In this document: positions 28,175-37,969 of the stretch, piece after piece
How positions within the stretch are numbered: the first letter of the stretch is position 1
Layout of the letters: each line of letters opens with the position of its first letter
Assembly: GCA_035549295.1 (NCBI GenBank)
Contig: DASZRG010000021.1
Location: 2,596-66,595, forward strand
DNA from: Patescibacteria group bacterium
Lineage (GTDB): Bacteria; Patescibacteriota; Microgenomatia; Levybacterales; GWA1-39-11
DNA length: 64,000 bases
Direction of reading: 5' to 3'
Program-made: the position numbers and the translations under genes
Notes under the pieces: model-generated
Seen by the model: only the letters and a program-made list of their open reading frames with translations
Database searches by the model: none
What the model was told of the DNA's origin: nothing

Positions 28175-29914
28175 TTACCACGAGGTTTCAAGGTCGCGGG
28201 CTAGATCGGCAACTTGCTTGTCAGAAACTGAACTAAAGAAGCCAAATATTAATAAAGAGTTATCGGGATTTTTTCCATCTCGGTTGACATTGATAAAATC
28301 TCGCCTATTTTCTGCCAGTTGTTTGAGTCTGGTAACGGTTCTTATGACCATTTCATCGTGTTTTGGTAAGTTTTCTCCGTATGTATCCCGAGCGGCTTTT
28401 GCAATTGCATCTAGTCGCATTTTTCGTACACTATTAACCTCAATCTGATATCTATTGCGACTTGCTCTTAGATTATTGTCAGTGAACATTCTTGCAAAAG
28501 AATAATAATCACGAAGATTCATCTCAAAAGATGAGTTAAGTTCTTCCATAAGTTTTGAGTTGTCTCCTTCAAGTTCTATATCTATGCCTTGATTCTCTTT
28601 GGCAAGTCTCTTCACCAGGCGAGCAGGATCCTCCTGTGTTGCGAGTAATACTCTCGTCAACGCATTATGTTCTGGATCAATGCCTTGATATATGTTGCGC
28701 GTTGCCTCATTTGGGAAAATAACTAGCAGTTTGTTTGCGGCAGTCTGAAGTAGAGCTTGCATATCCTCAGGTTGAGCCTGACCTATTAGTTTGTCAAAGA
28801 GTCCATCTATCATTATTTTCAAATTGCCACTTGGATCATTTAGTTGAGTTCCAGAAATTTTTAGGAGTGCGACTGTGGCAAACATTTCATTAACATCTGT
28901 GTCAATATTGCGGGGTAGAGTTGGTACGGGTGCCTCAGGTACTCTTGGAGGTCTCAAATTGATTGGTTCACCGGCTGGAAGGTCGGTATCACTCTGTGCC
29001 TGACCTGCTGGTTCGGCTGCTGGTGGAGGCGGAGTTTCGACTGGAACATATCTTCCGGTTCTTATTTCGTCATACCGAATACATACCTGTTCTAGTACTT
29101 CTGCGCTAAATCGACCAGGAGGGATTCCTAATGATTCAGCTGCAAGATTCATATCCCTTGATTCTTCACGACTGGGCTGTCCTGTTCCGCCCCAAGCTTT
29201 ATATACATCAGCTGTAACATATCCTGCACGCTCGTGGTCTTTAATCCAGTCGAGGTAAAGTGGGGGACGAAGAGGTGGTAGTTCATCCTGTATGTCGTCA
29301 GAGTCATCGGTCGGTTGGGGTGGAACAGCTTCGCCGCCAACTGCTGCACCAATTGGGTTTTCTTGTTCATCCTGAACTTCGGTCGACATTTGTTCATAGA
29401 TTTTTCGTCTTGCAAGAAATGATGCGACAATGCGAGCATCTTTCGGCTCAAGTGCCATTCTTCCCCTATTCTGGTCAAGTGCAATTCCATTTAGATGCGC
29501 AACAGCTCTGATGAGTCGAGCATCTGACTTGTCATCATACCCTGCAACATCCCATATATCTTGTGTTCCAAATCTTGCTCTTGAAGTGAACGAGCCATCT
29601 ATTCGCTGTATTTCAATAAAAGGTAGAGGTGTTGCATCGATGCCTTCTTTTTGTTCTGCAAGAATCTCAGAAATGCTTTTTTCGGGAACTTTAACTGCGG
29701 GAATTTGTTGTTCATTCGTTGGTTTTTGTGTAGTTCTTGTTTTGGAGGATGTGAGATCTTGTAATTGTAATGATATTTGATCAAGCCGTGAAAGTATAAG
29801 AAGTTGGGTTTGATGAACTAAATTTACTCGTTGATCGATAGGTAGTTCGTTAAAAGCTGCTACTTCGTGAGGTGATTGAGAACCATTTAATCCAGGATCT
29901 ACTTCAGATGCCAT
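28175..29914 (-). CDS. Large hypothetical protein (579 aa) with two copies of the 'DIW/DVY...GG.G.P...AA..LG.P' domain
   Basis: RFGTQDIWDVAGYDDKSDARLIRAVAHLNGIAL and ADVYKAWGGTGQPSREESRDMNLAAESLGIPPGRF. Confidence 0.5.
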   Translation of the reverse strand: MASEVDPGLNGSQSPHEVAAFNELPIDQRVNLVHQTQLLILSRLDQISLQLQDLTSSKTRTTQKPTNEQQIPAVKVPEKSISEILAEQKEGIDATPLPFIEIQRIDGSFTSRARFGTQDIWDVAGYDDKSDARLIRAVAHLNGIALDQNRGRMALEPKDARIVASFLARRKIYEQMSTEVQDEQENPIGAAVGGEAVPPQPTDDSDDIQDELPPLRPPLYLDWIKDHERAGYVTADVYKAWGGTGQPSREESRDMNLAAESLGIPPGRFSAEVLEQVCIRYDEIRTGRYVPVETPPPPAAEPAGQAQSDTDLPAGEPINLRPPRVPEAPVPTLPRNIDTDVNEMFATVALLKISGTQLNDPSGNLKIMIDGLFDKLIGQAQPEDMQALLQTAANKLLVIFPNEATRNIYQGIDPEHNALTRVLLATQEDPARLVKRLAKENQGIDIELEGDNSKLMEELNSSFEMNLRDYYSFARMFTDNNLRASRNRYQIEVNSVRKMRLDAIAKAARDTYGENLPKHDEMVIRTVTRLKQLAENRRDFINVNRDGKNPDNSLLIFGFFSSVSDKQVADLARDLETSW

Positions 29915-30045
29915 ATAAATTCAAATAAACAATATTTGCGATTTTAGTCTTTTAAAATTGCAACTTCAATAACTATTTTATTTTGATTTTCAAAATAGTT
30001 CTGTAACTTTTATTACTACTTAAGAGTAATGAAGAGTACTTTTTC

Positions 30046-30555
30046 CTAAAAGCGAGTGGAGTTGTGGGGTTTTGGCGCCTGGGGAAGATATGTATGTTGT
30101 TTGTCGCCATAAGTTTGGGGAGTTTTGCCTGAGCCGGGTTTTGCTCGGTCCCAGGTTCTGTCCGCAATTGTGCGATTGTCGGGAGTTTTGTTTGCTGCAT
30201 TAAATTTTTCAAGAATTGAGTCTTCTTCTCCCGCGTGACAGATAGCATACGTTGTTCCTATAGGAACTACTGAAACACCAATTTTTGCAAGCTCTGCAGT
30301 GGCGCGTTGAGCTGTAGTTTTGAGAGTTTTACGAGTATCGGGATTTATTTTTCCGGAAAGCGCTAATATTAGCTCATCTTGTGTGGGTGGAGTAACTTGA
30401 GAAATTAATTTCCAAAATTCAAAACCCTTATTTGAGAGTCTTGCTGCGTTTGTGCCAGACCTAACTATCACGATCTCTGATATTTCTTTTCTCTCTGTTG
30501 CAAAGTGATCGGGTTTAAGTTCACTCAGATCAAATTGTCCATGCTCCTGTGTCAT
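30046..30555 (-). CDS. Hypothetical protein (169 aa)
   Basis: ORF in operon context, 3 bp from the upstream gene stop. Confidence 0.45.
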   Translation of the reverse strand: MTQEHGQFDLSELKPDHFATERKEISEIVIVRSGTNAARLSNKGFEFWKLISQVTPPTQDELILALSGKINPDTRKTLKTTAQRATAELAKIGVSVVPIGTTYAICHAGEEDSILEKFNAANKTPDNRTIADRTWDRAKPGSGKTPQTYGDKQHTYLPQAPKPHNSTRF

Positions 30556-30557
30556 AT

Positions 30558-31886
30558 TTAGCTACCTCCCGCAGCTTCTGCAATAGATTCTATAGTATGT
30601 GTTTGACGCTTCTGCATTCTTTTACTCCTAATGCTTCTGATATCTAAGGTATCATCCCTCCAAGCTGCGCTTGCAATCTTTACAGTTTCAGTTAAGGAAG
30701 TTTGAGGGATAGTAGGGGTGGCGTATTCTTCTGCGATGTCCATGGTTACCTCGCTACCTTGTGTAGTTTTATTTCGGGCGGCTCTCCATTTGGCCAATTC
30801 TTGTTGGTGAGTCGATCTCCATCTTTCTAATCTTGCTTTTTCTTCTTCGGCGAGTCTTCTTGCCTCATCAGCCGTAACTTTTTGATATATGTCTTTTTTG
30901 TTAATTTTGCTTTTTACTAAAGAAAAACCTGCTAATTCTAGAAGAGGATTAACTCCTCGAACAATTGCCGCTCTCGAATTATTGGTTGAGAGATAATTGG
31001 GGTTTGTTATGCTTGCCATCCAGTCGAGTTGTTCTGGTGTAACCTCATCTATTGTTTCGAGCGCCCTTGCTATATTTGTATACATTACATATTGTAGGTT
31101 TTTCTTTGGGGTACGTTTTCTTTCAGATTTTTTTGAAATAAGATTTTCATTTTTTTGATGTTTTTTTTCTGCCCTCAACATACCGGGTATTTTGTTTGCA
31201 TATTCGGCTGTTGCATGGAGATAGATAGGTTGATCTGAATCAGCTTCGGAAATATCGACAAAAATTTCTCCATTTGCTTTGAGTCGTTTATTTATTCGAG
31301 ACAATGCGACTCTTCTATTTGTTACTTTCAAATCGGTGAGGTCAGGAAAAACACGCTCATCAAAAGCGCTTGCATCTACAGCATCCCATAAAGGTATTTT
31401 TTCTAAAATATTTTCTCCTCTAGTTCTTTTTCGATCATCAAGCTTGTATATTGATGCATGCTGATCACGAAGTTGATACATGGGTACGTCTCCAAAAACA
31501 GCTCCATCGCGGCTGGTGCTTTCAATGCTCACGCCAAGTGGTTTCAATTTTGCTCTTATCTTAACTGCTATATTATTTACATCAGTGTTGCTTATACGTC
31601 TACCTTGCCATATCTCAAGCATAAATTCTCGAGTTGCTCCACCCGCAGCATGCATAAAAAAGTCACGTTCCTTAGGTGACATTTTGGCTCTTTTAGTAAT
31701 TTCATCTAGTTCGTCGGATGTAATACTCCTAATAGTCGACTTAGGTGATTCGGGTTGGGTTGTTATAGGCTCGACTACAGATTGGGGCCTTTCGGATGGT
31801 TTGACTGAGCCGTGAGATTGTATACTAAACATGGGTACAAATGTTACCGCAGTTTCAAATGATGTTATATTATTCTCTAGACTCAT
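30558..31886 (-). CDS. Hypothetical protein (442 aa), first gene of operon
   Basis: Long ORF with a charged, coiled-coil-like C-terminal region (EEEKARLERWRSTHQQELAKWRAARN). Confidence 0.5.
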   Translation of the reverse strand: MSLENNITSFETAVTFVPMFSIQSHGSVKPSERPQSVVEPITTQPESPKSTIRSITSDELDEITKRAKMSPKERDFFMHAAGGATREFMLEIWQGRRISNTDVNNIAVKIRAKLKPLGVSIESTSRDGAVFGDVPMYQLRDQHASIYKLDDRKRTRGENILEKIPLWDAVDASAFDERVFPDLTDLKVTNRRVALSRINKRLKANGEIFVDISEADSDQPIYLHATAEYANKIPGMLRAEKKHQKNENLISKKSERKRTPKKNLQYVMYTNIARALETIDEVTPEQLDWMASITNPNYLSTNNSRAAIVRGVNPLLELAGFSLVKSKINKKDIYQKVTADEARRLAEEEKARLERWRSTHQQELAKWRAARNKTTQGSEVTMDIAEEYATPTIPQTSLTETVKIASAAWRDDTLDIRSIRSKRMQKRQTHTIESIAEAAGGS

Positions 31887-32021
31887 AGTATTGTGAGCGA
31901 AGGCACTATTATAGCAGTTTTGTGCCTATAATGCAAGTTTATCAATCACGAGGTGGCAGCTTAGAAGAAGCTGAAATTGGGTTAAGTTCGTGCTTGCTTT
32001 TTATTCTTAAGTCTTTCATCT

Positions 32022-32645
32022 TTAATCTTTCTTGGGGGTCCAGAAGTCCTCGCCAAGCGAGTCCCAAGGTACGCGGCGCTCATCAGGATGCTCAGCATTA
32101 AACTGTCCACTTACAAAATAAAAGAGGTCGATTGGCTCACCGGATAGATTGACCATACCATGAGCAACACCTCGCGGTATATATAATAGGGAAGACTGGC
32201 CTGCACCTAGTGTGATTTTCATCGACACTCCATTTGTACTCGATTCACGTCTCAGATCCCAAAGCCCTACAAGAAGTGAGTCAGATGGTGGAAGGTAGAA
32301 TATATCTTCTTGCTCAAAATGAAGATGCCAACCTTTGATAGCACCGGGTAAAAGTCTTGATCGATTGACTTGGGCGACATTCATATCTTCAATTCCTTCT
32401 ATCTTGCCGTTATCAAGTCTAATAATTTCTGAAAAATCGCCGTCTTCACCAACAAAATTCTTAATAGGTATAATTTTTACACCGTCAATTGTTGGACGGG
32501 CGGAGTAGTCCTGAATATATAGCTTGCCGCGGCTTTTCTCGTCAATATCCTCGTTTGTAAGCGTTTTGCTCATCGGTCTAATTATATCAAAATGTACGGA
32601 TTTGCAATAGTGAGGGACCGATAATAATTGTTTAATGTAATTCAT
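32022..32645 (-). CDS. RmlC-like cupin (dTDP-4-dehydrorhamnose 3,5-epimerase / sugar ketoisomerase family)
   Basis: IKGWHLHFEQEDIFYLPPSDSLLVGLWDLRRES...SLLYIPRGVAHGMVNLSGEP fits the RmlC/FdtA double-stranded beta-helix. True start may be the ATG at ~32573. Confidence 0.6.
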   Translation of the reverse strand: MNYIKQLLSVPHYCKSVHFDIIRPMSKTLTNEDIDEKSRGKLYIQDYSARPTIDGVKIIPIKNFVGEDGDFSEIIRLDNGKIEGIEDMNVAQVNRSRLLPGAIKGWHLHFEQEDIFYLPPSDSLLVGLWDLRRESSTNGVSMKITLGAGQSSLLYIPRGVAHGMVNLSGEPIDLFYFVSGQFNAEHPDERRVPWDSLGEDFWTPKKD

Positions 32646-32713
32646 TGTGATAGAATATATATAACTTAAAACTCAAAGCGCAAAGTCTTGAGTTTACAAA
32701 GGGGGTAAAATGC

Positions 32714-33796
32714 GTGTCAGATTCTTCAAATTCAAACAAATCTAATTCTCCAGCTCGCTCGATGGCTGAGCTTATGGCTCGGTCTGGTAACAACTTGCAA
32801 GTTCTCACAAAGGGCCAAGCAATAACTGGTACTATCAAAAAACTTACTCCTGAGGAAATTCTCATGGATATTGGTGGTAAGGGAGATGCATTAGTTATCG
32901 AGTTTGATCGCCAAAATCTTGAAAATCTCCTTTCAATTCTAAAAGTAGGGGATAAAGTTACCGCAACAGTTATTTCACCAGAGTCTGAAGAAGGATTTCC
33001 AGTTCTATCTCTTCGCCGCATGCTTGATGATGTCATTTTCAAGAAATTTGAGGATCTTTCAAAGTCTGACAAGCCATTTGAGGTAACACTTGGTGAGGCT
33101 ACTCGTGGAGGCTATTTCGCAGAGACTTCTGAGGGGGTACGCGGATTTTTGCCATCATCTCAGCTTCTCGATACAACCGATATGACTGGTAAAAAAATAG
33201 AAGTAAAGATTATTGAGCTCGATCGCTCAAAAAAGAGAGTAGTATTCTCTCAAAAAGCAGTCTCAATGCTAATGAATATAGATGAGCTTAAAAAGCTCTT
33301 TAAGACCGGTGACCGAGTCACAGCCGTAGTTGTAAACGTTACGCCATATGGACTTTTTGTAAGTGTTGCGAAGGACGGAAATACAGCTGAAGGTTTTATA
33401 CATATCTCTGAGATAGCTTATGAAAGAGTTGAAAATTTAGCCTCAAAATTCAATGTCGGTGACAAACTGGATGTCGAAGTTGTTGAGGTTGATGCGTCAA
33501 ACAAGCGAGTTAATCTCTCTGTAAAGCGCACCCAAAAGGATAAATTTGCAGAAGTTGAAGAGAAATACAAGCCAGAGACGAAAGTTAAGGGTCGTGTTAT
33601 CGAGACAAAGACTCGTGGTGTTACTGTCGAGCTTGAAGAGGGTGTTAATGGATTTATTCCCGCTGACAAAATACCATCAGGTACAACTTATGAAGCAGGA
33701 CAAATGGTAAATGCTGAAGTTGTCGAGATCGACCGCCGCCGCCGCCTCGTTGTAGTATCACCAGTGCTGAAAGCCGTACCAATCGGGTATAGGTAG
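32714..33796 (+). CDS. S1 RNA-binding-domain repeat protein (short ribosomal protein S1-like)
   Basis: Four S1-like repeats (GQAITGTIKK..., GDKVTATVIS..., GDRVTAVVVNVTPYGLFVSV..., GDKLDVEVVEVD..., GRVIETKTRGVTVEL). GTG start with AAGGGGG 8 nt upstream. Confidence 0.7.
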   Translation: MSDSSNSNKSNSPARSMAELMARSGNNLQVLTKGQAITGTIKKLTPEEILMDIGGKGDALVIEFDRQNLENLLSILKVGDKVTATVISPESEEGFPVLSLRRMLDDVIFKKFEDLSKSDKPFEVTLGEATRGGYFAETSEGVRGFLPSSQLLDTTDMTGKKIEVKIIELDRSKKRVVFSQKAVSMLMNIDELKKLFKTGDRVTAVVVNVTPYGLFVSVAKDGNTAEGFIHISEIAYERVENLASKFNVGDKLDVEVVEVDASNKRVNLSVKRTQKDKFAEVEEKYKPETKVKGRVIETKTRGVTVELEEGVNGFIPADKIPSGTTYEAGQMVNAEVVEIDRRRRLVVVSPVLKAVPIGYR

Positions 33797-33830
33797 AATC
33801 ATGAATCATGAATTAAGAATCATGATTTTT
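33797..33830. repeat. AATCATG/AATCAAG heptamer array (intergenic)
   Basis: gaatcatgaatcatgaattaagaatcatga. Confidence 0.75.
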
Positions 33831-33875
33831 GGGTAATTCCCATAATTCTTGCTTCGTGCTTCTTGATTCAATTTT

Positions 33876-35264
33876 ATGGCTTCAAAAACTCACTTCGTTT
33901 GTTCAAATTGTGGTTATGAGTCTTCAAAATGGCTTGGCCGATGCCCAGACTGTTCTTCTTGGAATACTTTTACTGAGGTTGCAGCACCGGTTGCCGAAAA
34001 AGCGACAACTCGCGCGAAGGCACTCATAAAAATTGCATCTTCAAGCTCTCCCCAAGCTATTTCTAAGGTAGTTAGCGTACAACAGAGTAGAATATCTACT
34101 GGTTTTGTCGAATTTGATCGGGTTCTTGGTGGAGGAATAGTGGCAGGATCTGTAGTATTGCTGTCTGGTGATCCTGGAATAGGTAAGTCAACAATACTTT
34201 TGGAGCTGGCAATCAATGTAGCGGTTGGGGGTTGGAGGTTAGGGGTTGGTGAAGAAGCCAAAAGCCAAAAGCCAAAAGCCAAGAGTCAGACGCGAACTGT
34301 TCTGTACATTACTGGTGAGGAGTCTGAGAGTCAGGTGAAAATGCGCGCTGAACGCATCAATCAGGGAAAAGCAGATCCTGAATCTCTATTTGTCTTCTCA
34401 ACTGCCGATATTGAGGCAGCAATTGCAGCTTGTGAGGTCTCAAAGCCGGATCTTGTAATAGTCGATTCGATTCAGACAATGGCAACTGAGGAGTTTCCTG
34501 GATATCCAGGATCTTTGCCCCAAATAAGACATGCGACGAGTAGGCTTGTCTCATATGCCAAAACGCATTCTGTGCCCGTTTTTCTAATAGGGCATGTGAC
34601 AAAGGAGGGAGTTGTGGCCGGGCCCATGTTGCTTTCACACATGGTTGATACGGTTCTTTATCTTGAAGGTGAAAAACTAACGGGGACCAAGATATTGCGT
34701 GCATTCAAAAATAGGTTTGGCGATACGACAGAAGTTGGAATTTTTACGATGGAAGAGTATGGACTAGCCGAAATTACAAATACATCAAAATACTTTATGA
34801 ATAGCGCAACCGAAGCCGTGCCCGGTTCGTGTCTAACAGTCGTTATGGAGGGTAGTAGGCCGCTTCCTGTTGAGGTGCAGGCACTTGTTGTCCCGACAAA
34901 TATGTCTTTTGCAAGACGAGTCGCAAATGGAATCGCTGAAAAACGCGTGGAGTTGTTACTTGCTGTTATTCAGAAGCATTTAAGAATTCCTATTGATAGG
35001 CATGATGTATTCGTAAATGTAGTGGGCGGACTTAAAATAACAGAAAATGCATCGGATTTGGCGGTATGTCTTGCAGTATTGTCGTCTTTTAAGAATAAGC
35101 CTCTCAAATCAACTGTCGCGATTGCTGAAATTGGTCTTCTGTCAGAGCTTAAAAGCGTTATGAATGAGGCTGCACGTGTGAAAGAGGCAAAGAAGTTAGG
35201 ATTTACAAATGTAATTACTCACGGGAATATGAAATACCTGGGTGATATAATGAAATCGCTATGA
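33876..35264 (+). CDS. radA: DNA repair protein RadA/Sms with in-frame CCAAAAG-repeat insertion
   Basis: CSNCGYESSKWLGRCPDCSSWNTF zinc finger, GDPGIGKSTILLE Walker A, GHVTKEG, Lon-like C-terminus. Insert EEAKSQKPKAKSQ is encoded by gccaaaag repeats. Confidence 0.9.
   Translation: MASKTHFVCSNCGYESSKWLGRCPDCSSWNTFTEVAAPVAEKATTRAKALIKIASSSSPQAISKVVSVQQSRISTGFVEFDRVLGGGIVAGSVVLLSGDPGIGKSTILLELAINVAVGGWRLGVGEEAKSQKPKAKSQTRTVLYITGEESESQVKMRAERINQGKADPESLFVFSTADIEAAIAACEVSKPDLVIVDSIQTMATEEFPGYPGSLPQIRHATSRLVSYAKTHSVPVFLIGHVTKEGVVAGPMLLSHMVDTVLYLEGEKLTGTKILRAFKNRFGDTTEVGIFTMEEYGLAEITNTSKYFMNSATEAVPGSCLTVVMEGSRPLPVEVQALVVPTNMSFARRVANGIAEKRVELLLAVIQKHLRIPIDRHDVFVNVVGGLKITENASDLAVCLAVLSSFKNKPLKSTVAIAEIGLLSELKSVMNEAARVKEAKKLGFTNVITHGNMKYLGDIMKSL
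34255..34292 (+). repeat. CCAAAAG heptamer array in frame inside radA
   Basis: gaagccaaaagccaaaagccaaaagccaagagtcag. Confidence 0.8.
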
Positions 35265-36118
35265 CGGAGAGAAATCAAAAATCAAAAATCAAAAATCAAA
35301 AAAATTTAAGCGCAAAAAAGAGCGTTGCTAAACCGGTTGCTCGGGTTGAGAAGGCTGCGACAAAAAGAGGGGATGCGGCTCGATCTTTATCATCTGAGGT
35401 ATTGCAAAACATTATGCTGCCTCCTCGGGTTATTCGACAAATTGCCGATGAAGTAGGAAAAGCGGTCAGTAAAAGAGTCAATGTCAGACGTCGAAAAAGT
35501 ACAAAGTCGAACAAAAAAATTGATAACTGTGTATTCCTCGATACATCGGCAATTATCGACATGAGAGTCTTTGATTTGGCAAAAATTGGAGCACTTTATG
35601 GTAATTTCATAGTTCTTGATAGCGTCCTAACGGAGCTCAAAAACATTGCCGATTCAAAAGATCTTGTCAAAAAAGCTCGTGGCCGGAGGGCTATGGATGC
35701 TCTTGATGATTTCAAAAAATCCCGCGGGATAAAGGTTAAAATTCTGGCTGATGAGTCAAATAAACCAGTTGATGAAAGTATAGTTGACCACGCCAAAGCA
35801 TATAAAGGACGTGTTATAACGTGCGACTTTAACCTCGCAAAGAAAGCAAAATTATCAAATGTTGTTGCGATTGATTTGTATGAGCTTGCAAATATTCTTA
35901 AGACGCAGGCACTTCCTGGTGAGGAATTTTTTGTCAAAATAGTTCAGGAGGGGAAGGGTATCGGCCAGGGAGTTGGATATTTGCCTGATGGGACCATGCT
36001 TGTTGTGGAGCAGGGTAAAGCATATCTTGGAAGCACAATACAAGTGCAGGTATCTCGAATCATCCAGACCGACGCAGGCAAGATACTCTTCTCGAAGATA
36101 AAGGCCCCAATCAACTAG
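35261..36118 (+). CDS. PIN + TRAM domain protein (YacL-like), N-terminal AATCAAA-repeat low-complexity tail
   Basis: VFLDTSAIIDMRVFDLAKIG...VLDSVLTELKNIA (PIN), C-terminal TRAM-like GSTIQVQVSRIIQTDAGKILFSKI. Synteny radA-yacL as in Bacillus. Residues 5-13 are encoded by aatcaaaaatcaaaaatcaaaaatc. Confidence 0.7.
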   Translation: MTERNQKSKIKNQKNLSAKKSVAKPVARVEKAATKRGDAARSLSSEVLQNIMLPPRVIRQIADEVGKAVSKRVNVRRRKSTKSNKKIDNCVFLDTSAIIDMRVFDLAKIGALYGNFIVLDSVLTELKNIADSKDLVKKARGRRAMDALDDFKKSRGIKVKILADESNKPVDESIVDHAKAYKGRVITCDFNLAKKAKLSNVVAIDLYELANILKTQALPGEEFFVKIVQEGKGIGQGVGYLPDGTMLVVEQGKAYLGSTIQVQVSRIIQTDAGKILFSKIKAPIN

Positions 36119-36169
36119 TGAGGAGTTAGCGTTTAGCGTTTAGGGGTTAGTAAAAAAATGCACATTGTC

Positions 36170-36225
36170 GTCCTGAATTTATTTCAGGACCTCGATTTGA
36201 GATGCTGAAACAAGTTCAGCATGAC
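36170..36225 (+). other. Two consecutive short hairpins (gtcctgaa-ttta-ttcaggac; atgctgaa-acaag-ttcagcat), terminator/processing-site candidate
   Basis: Perfect 8-bp stems sharing a CTGAA...TTCAG core, and no T-run. Confidence 0.3.
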
Positions 36226-36451
36226 AATCGTCTTGATTAATCATTAATTACTTTAGTCTTAAGGTTTTAACGACCAAATTGCTCTGGTTCCCCTTAATAC
36301 TTTATATCTTATACTTAATACTGGTCAGCTCGTGATACCCGTGATACCTTTTCCATCGTTCTCTTGTATTCCAGGTTCATTTTGTGTACAATAAATTCTT
36401 CGGCTTATATATCCGTGTTGATCGGCTCTTTAATCCGCGAAAATCTTTTTA

Positions 36452-37894
36452 ATGAAAAAATTAACAAAAATAACTGCAACAATTGGACCTGCGAGCGACA
36501 GCCCTGAAATGATCGCTAAATTGATGGATGCAGGAGTCAATATTTTCCGTTTTAACCTAAAGCATAATGAGCTTCCTTGGCACGAAGAAAAAATCAATCT
36601 AGTTAAAAAAGTTGCAAAAGAAAAAGGTGTAGCAATAGGTACTCTTATTGACCTTCAAGGTCCTGAGATCCGAACCTTAGTGCCAGGGGATGTAATATCT
36701 CTTAAAAAAGGCGATGAAGTTATGGTGGGGGACGGTAAACACAAAAATCAGTTTAATATTTCCCATCCAGCAGTAATTAAATATCTTATACCTGGCCAAA
36801 AAATTGTCGCAGAGGACGGTCGTGTACGATTTGAAGTAAAAAGCACCGACAAAAAAAGCGCAATCCTCATTGCCGAGCAAGATCAAGACCTCAAAACAAG
36901 GAAAACATTCAATCTTCCCGGGGCAGATTATCCGATGCCAGTTCTCACAGAAAAAGATAAAGATGCGATTAAAATGGCGGCAAAAAATCCAGTTGATTTC
37001 GTTGCTCTATCATTTGTGAGATCCGCAAAAGACATAATGGATCTCAAAGCTGAAATGAAAAAAGCAGGACTTGTGGCCCGTGTCATTCCAAAGATTGAGA
37101 CTCAAATGGCGCTTGATAATCTTGACGATATCGTCGCCGATTCTGAGGGGCTTATGGTTGCACGTGGTGACCTAGGAATAGAAATTCCATTTGCGCAAGT
37201 TCCATATTTCCAAAAACTCATGATCAAGAAGTGTCTCGAGCGGGGTATTCCTGTTATCACAGCAACTCAAATGCTTCTTTCGATGTTCCAAAATCCATAT
37301 CCTACACGCGCTGAGGTGTCCGATATTGCAAATGCTGCTTATGATTTCACTGACTCTGTTATGTTGTCAGAGGAGTCAGCGGCAGGAAAATTCCCAGAGC
37401 AGACTGTCAGAACTATGGCTGATACTGTCGAGTTTTCAGAAAAGCAGGATATGCTTCGTGATATTAGAAGTATGTTTGACTATGACATTCTCGATCCTGA
37501 AGAAATGCTTTGTGACACCGCATACAACCTTTATCTTTCATTTGAGCGAGAAGAGGAGCCTATCGGTGGATTTATAGTATTTTCAGAGTCGGGTCGCACA
37601 GGACGAAAACTCTCGCGATATAGGCCAAAAGTACCAATATTTGTATTTACACCAAACGAAAAAGTTCGAGATGGCCTCACGATGAGTTTTGGTGTCGAGC
37701 CAATCTTGCAGCCAAAAGGTATGTCGGCAAGTGCTCAAGTGAGACTTGAAGACATGAAGGAGGCATTCTCGTATCTTGTTCGCAATAAGCATGTTGATCC
37801 AGATAGCCGTTATATCCTCCTTTACGGTGATAACTGGGGAATAGAGGGTGGAGTATCCACTATCAAAATAGTATATCCCAAGAATTTAGAATAG
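36452..37894 (+). CDS. pyk: Pyruvate kinase
   Basis: MKKLTKITATIGPASDSPEMIAKLMDAGVNIFRFNLKHNE...MVARGDLGIEIP... Confidence 0.9.
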   Translation: MKKLTKITATIGPASDSPEMIAKLMDAGVNIFRFNLKHNELPWHEEKINLVKKVAKEKGVAIGTLIDLQGPEIRTLVPGDVISLKKGDEVMVGDGKHKNQFNISHPAVIKYLIPGQKIVAEDGRVRFEVKSTDKKSAILIAEQDQDLKTRKTFNLPGADYPMPVLTEKDKDAIKMAAKNPVDFVALSFVRSAKDIMDLKAEMKKAGLVARVIPKIETQMALDNLDDIVADSEGLMVARGDLGIEIPFAQVPYFQKLMIKKCLERGIPVITATQMLLSMFQNPYPTRAEVSDIANAAYDFTDSVMLSEESAAGKFPEQTVRTMADTVEFSEKQDMLRDIRSMFDYDILDPEEMLCDTAYNLYLSFEREEEPIGGFIVFSESGRTGRKLSRYRPKVPIFVFTPNEKVRDGLTMSFGVEPILQPKGMSASAQVRLEDMKEAFSYLVRNKHVDPDSRYILLYGDNWGIEGGVSTIKIVYPKNLE

Positions 37895-37969
37895 GCCCAG
37901 TCCTACCAGAAAAACCTCGAGTAATTACTATCGGTTACAAATTAGCCTCAATTTTGTTATAATCTTTCT

